Positions 9,801 to 19,939 of a stretch of 64,000 bases of DNA are shown one piece after another; positions within the stretch are counted from its first letter, which is position 1, and each line of letters starts with the position of its first letter. A model generated the notes under the pieces. The model searched no databases and had not been told where the DNA came from. It was given only the letters and a program-made list of their open reading frames with translations. The position numbers were made by a program, and so were the translations under genes. The stretch comes from Klebsormidium nitens (Eukaryota; Plantae; Klebsormidiophyceae). Location of the stretch: positions 335,015-399,014 of the forward strand of contig DF236967.1 in NCBI GenBank assembly GCA_000708835.1, written 5' to 3'.

Positions 9801-12432
9801 CCTTTGGAGGTGCTCTCCCTTTTCCTCTTATACCCAACCACAGCATCCGTTTCCTTCCGCGCTTTCACCCCCTCTACCTCCCTCGCTCCTGATCTGGTTT
9901 TCACAGCGCCCTTCGCTTCTTCTTTTAGCGACCTCGTTGTCAGTTTCTCCGTTTCAGCCTCCTTGCAAAGCTCCGCCCGCTGGCCGTGTGATTCACAGAA
10001 GTTGCGCCTGTCTCCCACCACAATGTAACACTTCTCTTCCGCACTTGAGGGATCCCCCGGAAGCGAAACCCCACCCGCCTTTGCCCCCCTTTCGTCAGCT
10101 TCTTGCGCAATCTGCCGCCTTCTCGTCCAGGAATTGTGCTTCGCACACAGCCGCAACCCAGGCTCTACTTCGTCCTCACAGCGCTTGCACTTCGCCAAGG
10201 GGGGTTCCGACTCCTCTGCTCCCAGACCAGACTCGTCCCCCTCGCTAGAGTCCTCCTTTTCAGGGGGTAAAGGCCGCCGTTTCGAGGGCCTCCGACTGGC
10301 CCAGCCGCTGTGCTCGTCGCACACCTTCCTCCCCCCTGGAATGGAAACCCCACACCGCTTGCAGGCAGACCGCCCCACGACACCACTCTCTTCCTCGGCG
10401 CTTTGCCCCTCATCTTCAACGATTCCAGACGACTTTGTGCCTGAGACCCCCGCTCGCTGGAGATCAGCGCTGGTGAGCACTTCTCGAGTCCCCCTCTCGC
10501 CGCTGTCACTCCGCTCATCGGAAGCTCCCTCTTCATCGCTGTCATATGCCTGCAGCAGGCCTAAAGCGCCGGCAAGCTTATCAGGGGGCGAGGGGCTTGT
10601 GAGGGGGTTTCCCGGCTGGGAAGGACGTTGTGATGGGGTGCTGTCTGCGAGGAACTCAGAGGACCGTTCCAGGGGGGTGGCTGGCTTGCGGTCCCGAGCG
10701 GTGGGCAGGAGAGAGCGATCGTCAGTCATGCGAGACTTCCCTAGGACGAAGCTGGTCAGCGGCCTGCAGAAAATGTCAAAACTGCTGGGAGTAGTCCAGA
10801 AAGGCAATTCCCAAGTATCCTGGTAATCTTGCCGCAAGTTTGGTGTCTGAATTTAGTCAAGATAGGTCTATGGATTTAGTGCAGGCTTTTCTTTTTGTCT
10901 GGTGAGAGGTACGGAACTACTAGGTCACAACTTCAAACTTGACGATGCCTGATACTGGAGGAACTAGCAAGGTACAGGCCACTATGGTCACTCAGTCCAT
11001 CAATGAAGCAGCTCTTGAATCCATCCTAGTCTGTGCACTAAGAAAAGTATTATCAGGAGGCAGATCTGATCGTCTGGACCTGGAAGGCACCGCTTTGAAG
11101 CACAATTGAGCAGTTGTGGTAATTGCAGGCTCGCTCTATCATGCAAATCAGGAACTCACATGTTTTCCCGGGACCCACAGCCACGAAGCAACTTGAGCTG
11201 GGCGTTGCTCCACTCCCCTCCCGGGACAGCAGACTTGAGATCCACAACATTGCCCAACTGGTTATCTATCCCGTCAAACGGGAACGCCTTGTGGGGCCCC
11301 CAATCGTGCTGCTGCCCGGTTGGGATTTTGAAGGTAGTTGATGCACCCTGCAGAGGAATACAACATCTTGTCAGACTGTGTTTGCGAGGAAAAATCGATA
11401 AAGATCTGCTCAGCCAGAACAAGACCTCGATGGGGAATGGTGAAAGGCAGCGACTGCTTACAAGTGACAATCAAAACGGTACCCAACTGCACTTTGGAGC
11501 AGAGCAAACGAAAGCGATCAGTCTCTGAGGACTCGTACGGTGAAGGTCGTCAATAAATCAGGACCAACCGGAGTGATGCCAAGTAAGCTTTTGCCTTCAT
11601 CAACGGAAGTGAGAGTCCCACGGACGCGCAAGATCGCAAACATCAGTACAGCAACACAGCGAGGAAGGACTCAAAAGACCTGCTCCAATGTAAACCAGCC
11701 AAAAGAGTCCCTGAATCATTGACGGGGGGAAAGACTGCATACCTGGTCCAGCTCAGGCTCTGCTCTTCCAGCTTCTTCCCCACTGTCTGGAGGCGCGTTC
11801 AGTTTCAAATCCAGCGTCGCAAAACAGCGCAGAAGACCCCGTTCCTCCGTTCCTGCACTCCCCCTCTCTCCTTTGCGTTTGTGAGCACTGCCAGGAGAGC
11901 TCATTGCCACCCCCCCACCAGACAGCACCTCCTTGCACTCGGCGCCAGCAACGCCACTCCCCGATTTGCAACGCGCTTCTTCCAAGTTTTCCCCAGGGCT
12001 CTCTTTATCATGTTGATTGCGGAATGCAGCCACGGCCATGCCACAGTCCCCCCCATTTTCCACATCCCCATCTCTGTGATGGCACCCACTCACACTGCTG
12101 GCGCGTCCGTCGCTTTGCACCGCAACAACATTCTGCGGCGCCCCCCTCCGGAGCTCTGAGCCAGTCACAAAAACGCTCCGCAGTGTGTAGCGGTTCAAGA
12201 ACAGCACGAATTGGTCGCTGCTCGACAGCGCTTCTTCCACCAGTTTGCGAGCTTTCGCATCATCCCCTGGAAGAGGACACTTTCCAGTGCGTCGAATGTG
12301 ATCGCACAGTTCTGCGAGGGACATTCCCTGCTTACCAGCGTACGCAAGCAGGTCATGACAAGTAGAAATGAGGCGCTCATTTGGGGGTGCGATGGCAGCC
12401 AAGCGCGCCGCATCTTCCAAGAGGAAAGCCAT
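6838..12432 (-). CDS. Putative chromatin/DNA-binding protein: N-terminal HARE-HTH-like domain plus ~10 WRC-like C-x10-C-x2-H zinc fingers, ~1454 aa
   Basis: Phase-consistent model: 12432-11743, 11347-11160, 10763-7708, 7268-6838 (4365 nt incl. stop), with a 5'UTR intron at 12434-12538. The N-terminus TCHDLLAYAGKQGMSLAELCDHIRRTG...ARKLVEEALSSSDQFVLFLNRYTLR resembles HARE-HTH. The long exon contains a WRC-type motif RRCVVRDGKRTWQCREAAVAGERRCRHH and nine related modules. Joining of the exons into one gene is inferred from phase only. Confidence 0.75.
7770..8050 (-). repeat. Coding tandem repeat, 69 nt / 23 aa, ~4 copies (xGAEEAxDG...GR)
   Basis: EGAEEAKDGTLGNGSGNGVGRTA / QGAEEAGDGKLGKKLGSRLGRKK / QGAEEANDGTLEDGNEKGLGRTK / EGSEEADDG; ttccgctccct recurs at 7859 and 7928 (69-nt period). 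Confidence 0.85.
9605..9800 (-). repeat. 99-nt (33-aa) internal duplication of one zinc-finger module
   Basis: KCEKCERDARPGSTLCKWHKGGVTRSERDKRLR is followed by KCEKCERDVTPGSALCAYHKAWVTRTQRNKERR. tccctctcaca recurs 99 nt apart. Confidence 0.85.
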
Positions 12433-12639
12433 CCTGAGAAATCTCTACATCCCATGTAGGAACCTATCCGACCATTGGTCAAAGGCGCCTGCTTGGCGAG
12501 CAAAACAGCCCATGATTCTGAACAACTGTAATACTCACCTCGCAAGCCCGTTGTGCTTCACCAGAGCCTAAGACTGCCAGCTAGGCTCCTAGTGCTGGGT
12601 CCGCTTTAATAAATTTCGGCCAAACCTGGCCGGGTGACG

Positions 12640-14000
12640 CGTCCCGGCCTCTAGACCGTCGATAAAGTCTATGCACGTACACTGATTCAGTTTGCTCGGC
12701 CCAGCGTTCCGGGCTCAACTTGTCAGCTACATGCAACTTGCTCACACTCATAGCGGCGTTACAGTGGAACACGTCAGAGGCAGTGCCAGTGGAAGCTCAA
12801 TCAGTCTGCCAAATGATCAGTCACTGTTTCCCGGGTGTCCCATCTTACCACAGGCTAGTCGAGTTTACCGGCACGGTAGTATGGTCCTCAAGGGAGATTT
12901 CAAGTTTTCCGCTATACAGACGGTTTTTCGCTACCCTCCGAGGTTTCAGGCTACTAGTACCGTACTCGGGGCTGCCTGACTGCCTGACTTGCCTGGCGTT
13001 CACGATCTGCCTGACCGGACTGACTAATTGACCGCCTGACTGCTGTCCCCTGTCACCTGCCTGACCGGACTGACTGACTGACCGCCTGACCACTCTCTCG
13101 ACCTAACCAACCTGACTGACTGACTGCCCGACCGCCCGCCTGTCACATATTTCTTCCCTAACCACTGCCTGACTGACTAACCGACTGACCGACGTACACA
13201 CTGCATCACTCATATACCGGTAGTCTAACCAGCATGACTAACCAACCAGCTCCCCCGCTGACTGACCGACTGACTGACTACCGGTACATTAAGCACACCT
13301 TGCAACTGGTACATACCTTACCCGTCACCCCGGGATGACTGTGTTAGTAAGAAATTGTGATATTCACCTTTAGCTCGTGCAAGGGGTGTGTCCCAAGCAG
13401 GACCACCCCGGCCTTCGGCCCCCACCTGCCTACCCCCCCTTCCCACTTCATCACAGGTAGGTACGTATACGCAGATCCTTGTCACATACGGATCCGTTGC
13501 TACATGAGCAGGTAGCGGTATCTACGTACCTACCTACCGGCAGCTACGATAACCGGTGAAACCGGGAACGCGCCGGTTAGGCAGTCAGTCAGTCAGCGGC
13601 GGTTAGCATGTATACAACCCGTATACAAGACCGCAACACAGTCTAACAAGCTCCGGTCAGGAAGTCAGTCAGTCAGAACAGGAAGGATCATTCGCCAACA
13701 TGGTTCACACAGGATTCCGCTGGAACAGCTAGTAGACACGGCCGGAATCCGCGCTAATCAACCGGAGCTTAAAATCTCCCTTGGGGACCAGATTAGCGGG
13801 CCCCTAAGCCAGTTGCCCGCCAGTTGGTGTGCAAATGTTTAGTGAAGGATCAGCTCTGGCACTGCAGCGCTGCACGCGCCAGTGCGCCACGAGGGTTGAG
13901 AATGCTGTGCGATCAGACAACCTTCACAAGCCAAATACCTGGGATCAACACTGATCAGCTCTATCAGTGCTTTTGGTTCTTGATTGCAACTGGCCGGGTC
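12640..14000. mobile_element. Degenerate ~1.4-kb fold-back (palindromic) element with CTGAC/GTCAG arrays; probable non-autonomous DNA transposon relic
   Basis: Nested inverted matches share a centre at ~13320-13340. They are cccggcc 12643 / ggccggg 13992; gcagtgccag 12780 / ctggcactgc 13856 (10/10); TGGTCCTCAAGGGAGATTTCAAG 12882-12904 / CTTAAAATCTCCCTTGGGGACCA 13768-13790 (21/23); cacaccttgca 13294 / tgcaaggggtgtg 13378; and central gtcaccccgggatgac 13324-13339. There is no transposase ORF and no clear TSD. Confidence 0.7.
12975..13680. repeat. Low-complexity (CTGA)n-like arrays on the left arm and complementary (TCAG)n on the right arm
   Basis: ctgactgactgaccg-type runs lie at ~12975-13280 and gtcagtcagtcag runs at ~13580 and ~13665. 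An internal perfect 13-bp inverted repeat pairs aggtaggtacgta (13455-13467) with tacgtacctacct (13523-13535). Confidence 0.85.
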
Positions 14001-15158
14001 GTATCAGTGACGACCGCAGTAAATAAACTGTGACACGTGATCTCTTAAGTTGGGCTGCCGACAAGCAGCCTTTCAAGCCCTTTGACCTCTGCTATCGTTA
14101 TGGACAGTACGTTTGAGTACTGACACTGCATATCACGTCAGAAAAGTCGTGCAGTGGCGCAATTCGGATGAGTCTTAATGACGATTCAAAAACAGCAGCC
14201 ACGTCTAGCCAGTAATCCCGCTCGCGGCCCACTCCGAAAGTGCCACCTCCCACTCGGTTTGCTAGCTAGAAGTAACTTGTTACCGCCTTGTTCTTTCTGC
14301 AATCCATGGATCGCGCCCGCCACCAGAAGGTCCTCAGCCTAATCTATGACGGTCCATTTGGCCGGAATTCCGCCCGGAACTCATTCAAACAACCGTTCTG
14401 ATACAATGATGCTGTATAATCATAAATCTTATTTGTAGTACCTAAGTACGACCATTTCATGGGCGCTTCGAAAATCGAAGTTTGTATTAGCGGCCTAAAC
14501 TTTCGTACAAGCTATCATCATGCAGTGCACTCATAGCGTGGAGGCATATGATCTGCTCAAGTTCCATCATCTAAACAACGGTCATCACCACGGTCATCAT
14601 GGGTAAGAATGTACGAACGGGTCACCACGAATCCTCCACGAATGCACTGGCATGCTGAGCCCGGGCCTCCAAAGACTCCTCTCAGTGGATGGTTGAGTAG
14701 CCTGGCCTCAGCCTGGCCTCAGCTCTTCGAAGCACGATATGTACAATAATCAATGATTGGTAGTAGATGATCCGTCACTTCTAGTACCACAGACGGATGG
14801 CCGTCCAGCTTAGCTAAGTCGATCACTCACTTCTGGTTTCAAACACCCCAGGCAACCAGTTCTTCCTACCGCAAAGACATTGAATCGATTCGACTCTTAC
14901 CTAATCGAGTGTCTTGAAAGCATCCTGTGATCAACCAGATTCCTTATGCCCCGATCTACGCCGAGCTCACCGCCGTACGCATCTTCGGATTTCTGAATGT
15001 TCCCCCGATCTTCATACTGCTTCGTCCCGGCCTCCGGGAGCGTGCCGAATCTCGTCATTCTGACGGGCCCAAATCGAAATGCCATCCCAATTAGTTAAAA
15101 ATACCCCCCGCCACTGCGATCCCGGCCAATCTCGATGCACCGAACTTATCCCCCGGGC

Positions 15159-18100
15159 TCAGACGTCGACCACGAACTCCCGCCCCGCTCGCAACTGCAG
15201 CCGCTCCACCTCATTGAGCACCCGGAAGAAGTCCAGGAACAACCGGGACTCCCTCCCGAACAGGCCGCTCCGGCCGCCCGCGGTGTTGTTCGGGCCCCGG
15301 TTGTTGCCCGTTAGCTGGTTGCACGGGCTGCCGCCCACCAACAGATCCAACGGCCCCGCTGCGACGAGCTCCGCAATCTTCCGGGTAGTCAGCAATCTGA
15401 CGTCATCAATGAATTCTAGGCATCCAGTCCGGTCCAGACCGTTCCGCTTCCACCAATTTTGGACCACCGTCCGGCAGTGCTCGTTGTTCTCGACGCTGAT
15501 GTACCGCTTGATGGGCACCGCGCGGCGATGCACCGCCACGCCGGCGCCCCCGATTCCGTCGAAGAGCGAGAGGACGGAGATTCCGCCCGGAATGGACCGG
15601 AAGTAGGTGTGCAGCGGCGATATGACGTCCGCAATTGTGTCCACCTGCACGGGCGCGAACGTTGGCCGCTGCTCTAGTTGCGTACAGATTGCTTCGTTTG
15701 CTGCTTCCTAGCTCCGGATCCGTTTTTATATGTCAGATTTTAGACGGCGCGTTAGCCGAGACAAAAGGCCGGACAAGCGCGGTACGCCCCTATATCTGGA
15801 CAGGTTCACGACTGCTCTCGGCTACTCCAGACCTATCGGTCACGTGTAGCCGGGCCACTTTTGCTGAACGTAGTCGGGTAGACTTGTGCTTTTGTACGCA
15901 ACACGTTGCGGAACCCTTCAGTAGACATACAACTTTCTTCAGATGGTTGAGTCGACAAGCGCAAAGAAGATCTTCAGCAGATGTCCAAACATAAAGAGCC
16001 GTGACTTTTCAAACAGGTTGCCGGACCTGTTCGTGTAATAGGAGGCATAGGAGGCTTCTTAAAGAGGAGCTTTGCCCGGCTAGTTATCCGCTGCGAAGAC
16101 GAAGCGCCAAGTGGTCGAAAGCGGGACACAGCTGGATCCGATTCAACAACTTCTCCGCTCCTGGCAGAATTTTTCCAGACGCGGAATAATCTCGTTATGA
16201 AAGAAAAAGGGACCTCAAAAGCTCGAAACGTTTGAACGCCCGGGACTCGTGTCCCGCACGTACGTCCAGGAAATAAACTTCAAGAGAGATAATCATAAGC
16301 CAAGATGTGATAAAAGCTCCGAACAAAATTGAAAACCCCAACCCAAAAAGATACCTGCTCCGCACCTATACCCACCCTAACCAACAAAATAAACAAGAAG
16401 ACAACTAACCCAACCAGTCCCAGTGCGGCTACCTAATGATTATCTCTGCTTATATTTGTCTTGAGTTCAATTACCTGGAACGCGTTCCCGAGCGCTTTGA
16501 AGACTTCGCCGCGGGGGATCCCGCACCGCGTGTGGCCCTCAGGGAAGCCCATGATCCGCTCGACCTCCTCCGCGTGGATGTTGGCTACGCTGGTGGGGCT
16601 TGTAAAGATCAGGTTGTTGCTCCTGCAGAAAAGGGAAATTCCCTTTTTTTCAGTGGGACACTTCCGACCCCAGCGGGGGTCGGCACGTTTTCCGCCTTAG
16701 ACAAGTTGATTACAAAGCTTACGAAGTCTGGCTCTTGCTTGCTCATTGGGCTGACTGACTGTCGGCCCCAGTCCAATAAGTACGCCCGAGAAGAATAGAC
16801 TGTAGCCTCCGGCAGTCAGTCACGCCCTTGGTTTGCAGTAAACTGATTCTCCCAACAGCCGCTCGCAAGGGCCGTTTGCAGCCTCTGTGAAGGCTGCAAA
16901 GCTTGTACATTTGAAAGGACTTGAGAATGAGAAGCAAACGGATCAAAGGAATGGTTCACGATTGGGAAAGAAGCAAAGAGTCTATGAGCTTTAAGATCTC
17001 AGAAAAGCGAATCCTGATTGATGCTCTCAAAGGAAAGGTGTCTACGCCCGAAACGCGCTAAAGTTGGCACCGGATTAATTCCGTCCCTTGGGATGATATT
17101 TTCGGAAGCAAATCGAGCTCAACAAGGTAGTGAGATTAATAAGTACACCCAGGATAGCTCTGAGAAACGTCGATGGTGACTCTATCTTGAGCGAAGCCCT
17201 CGAAGGTGTTTCCTGTTCACAACACTTGCCTAAGCGGATTTTCCTTCTCTCTTGGTAAAGCTCGAAATGATACACAACCGATTGAAATTGACAACTCAAG
17301 AGTGTTACCTTGCGGGTGAAAAGATATCTTCCAAACTATTCGAACACACTGATCTAGTCGCTTGATGCAGAGCTTTTAATGCTAGGACTCGCGATCAACC
17401 CGTCCCAACAAAAGATTGACCCGGATGAGGAAAAGCGGGACGCAAGATAGACTGCAGAAACAAAGAATTTAGAATCCTCAAGAAGGAAGAAATTATGGGA
17501 TTGAAAAGCTGGGTAACGCAGTCAAGAAAAACAATCAGAGGCCGCACCTGATGTCGTCCCGCTCCTTAGCGGTGAGGTTTTCGTTGTTGCGCAGTTTGCG
17601 ATTCAGCGCGGACAGGCTCAAAGGGTGCAGCTCTTTGGTGTTGATCATGTTCAATTTGTCGGTGATTTTGCGGCGGTCCCAATCAGGGAAGTTGCTGTGA
17701 TACTCGGGCCACATTTCGGAGATGCGTAACGGGGCCAGCGGCGGGAGCGTGGTCCGACCAGCGCGGGGGATGTTGTGGGCGTACCTGGTTTCAGAATTGG
17801 GTTAAGAAGGAATTGGTGGTGCGATGAGACTGCTCCGGAAGACCCTTTAAGTCTCCGCTCAGAGAGTGTTGCAATATTACGGGTTGGCAGACAGCGAGTC
17901 TCTCCAACGATAATGTTCCTATCCGTAAGTTGCCCTGGCATAAACGGGTGAGCACTTATCACTTATCGCTGACCGCAGCCCCCGGACTTTGTGTTCCTCG
18001 TTCCTCTTCGTTCCTTCTTTTTGTCTACCATGAACACCATCAAGCCTCCTTGCAGAAAAGGATAGTCTCCAACATGTGAACATGAGAGCCCAGTTTGTAC

Positions 18101-19939
18101 ACACCCAATAATGGCAAAGCTTTTGGACTCACAGTTTGCACTACTTAATCAAGTGCCTTTGGGTCCCGCTGAGCAACGGCACAAAGCGGAATCCACTCCG
18201 GCGCACCTTCTAGCAAAGATCTCAACGAAAGATCAACGGCTTGTAGAAAAGGACTCATTAGCAGAACGAAAAGATTGCCCATCGGAAGATGATAGATTGA
18301 TACTTTCCTGCTGTAAGAACCGAAGCCATGATTGCAAAAAGCGGTACACAAAGCCCTCTCACTTTCGCTTGCGGGTCGCGACGGAGTACTTGACACTGTC
18401 AATCAGTTCCGGGGGGATGCCCCTCGCGTGCCGCTGCATGACGTCCCACACGTTCTCACGCTCCTCTAGTTCCAAGTCCGGACCCAAACCCCCCGGCCCG
18501 CGGTGGGCGGACGCCACGTTTTCAAACAGGAAGTGACATGTTCGGGGACCATTTTTCACCGCCCCCCGCCACTCCTCCTCAAAATCCGCGTCGCCTGCGA
18601 CCTCTGCGGGGGTGCTGACGTCATCCATCACGTCAGTCTCAAACTCGTCGTCGCTTTCCGAAATGGCCCCGTCTCTCTCCAACTCCCTCGCGCCGCAACG
18701 ACCCCAGCTGTCCTCGCTCTTCGACACCGTTCTCCGTCGCTTCGCGGGGCTCTTCGTTCCGCTCCGACTCCGTTCGGTGCCCTCCGGTTCCGCTTGTTTC
18801 CGCTCCTTTTCTGGTGACTTCCAAACCGAGCCGAATGTGCTGCCGCGGCCGCCTGGCGCTCCATCACCGCCTAACTTTTCCTGAGACTGAGGTGAAACTG
18901 CCCCACTCAGCAGATCAGCACCCTCCGCCTGGCCCATGTCTGTTGCTCCGCTTGACCCGCCTCGAGTTTCCCCCAGTCTCGGAACGGCCCCGGTCGACGC
19001 CTGCTCTTCTCGGGGATCCTCCGCCCTCCTCACACCGCTTGACTGCCGAACGCACACGCTGCCTTTCCGAATTCCCTCTACGCTGGGCCGTTCATCCCAC
19101 CCAATTTGCGGCGCTACTGCTTCGCTCCTTTCTGTCGACGGGTCCTTCTCCCCGGCCACTCTCCGACTCCGCTCTGTCCCCGGAGCTTCCGTCCTCTCGT
19201 TAAAAGCCGCGGTTGACTTACCCTTGTGGTGCAGCACGTTCACAAACCCGGGGGTTATCTTCGCGCCTGGTTCCACCCCCCCGTGCTCTGCAATCAGGCG
19301 CCGCCTCCGGTTGACATGCGAGGGGGGGCTGCTGTATGCTTCCTCCTCCGCGAACCCTTCGGCGCCGTTTTGGGGGGAAGATATCAAGGGTATAGAATCA
19401 TTTCTGGGGGAAGGGACGACGCTCTTGAGCTTCGATGGCTGGAGATGGGTAGTGTCGACGACGCCTGAGCCTGCACTTTGCAAACAGAGCAGAGGGACAC
19501 GTGTCAGACGTCTCAAGCGTTTGATATTGGCCGGCCAGCAAGATCAACGTTGATGATTTCTTTCCGAGGCATTACTGCGAGAGCGCAACAACGCCGGACC
19601 ACTTTGAATCCGTCGTACTTCACTCGGACTTCGTTTCGTGAGTCCAACTCATCTAGCTCAAAGAGACAATATTGACAGTCGGTCACAAGCCAAGAAAAAC
19701 TGACAAAAATCTTCACAATACAGCAAGCTCCTCAAAAACGGTTGGCGACCCACGACGAGATCTTCCTCCACTTTCTTCGCTTCGATCCAGTCCACCGCTT
19801 CCTCGACGCCCCTGCCTCTAGTTGCGGCCACCGCCTGCTGCGCTTGCTTCCGAGGAAAGCCCATGTCAATCAGCTTCCAAAGCCGCGTGTCTGCTTCACC
19901 GGGGGATCCCTTCACAGCCCCGGGGTTCGGAAACCCCTG
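15159..19939 (-). CDS. DRM2: DRM-type (domains rearranged) cytosine-5 DNA methyltransferase with a UBA domain; 5' end unresolved
   Basis: The UBA exon at ~19939-19750 reads LWKLIDMGFPRKQAQQAVAATRGRGVEEAVDWI. Exon 19470-18363 ends FLFENV...GIPPELIDSVKYSVATRKR. Exon 17784-17548 reads KYAHNIP...WPEY...PDWDRR...KLN. Exon 16622-16475 reads NLIF...EVERIMGFPEGHTR...FKALGNAFQ. Exon 15644-15159 reads VDT...ISVLSLFDGIGG...SVE...LDLLVGGSPCNQL. Motif order VI-X then I-V is the DRM permutation. The last four exons join in phase. Confidence 0.95.

Noticed and set aside
6809-10826. Long plus-strand ORFs (6809-7690, 7709-8491, 8337-9419, 10134-10826)
   Set aside because: They are antisense shadows of the GC-rich zinc-finger exon, with Pro/Ser/Leu/Phe-biased composition and no motifs.
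12975-13680. Repeat arrays considered as a CRISPR array or telomeric repeat
   Set aside because: The units are 4-5 bp degenerate microsatellites without constant-length repeats and unique spacers, and they are not TTTAGGG-like. The context is eukaryotic with no cas genes.
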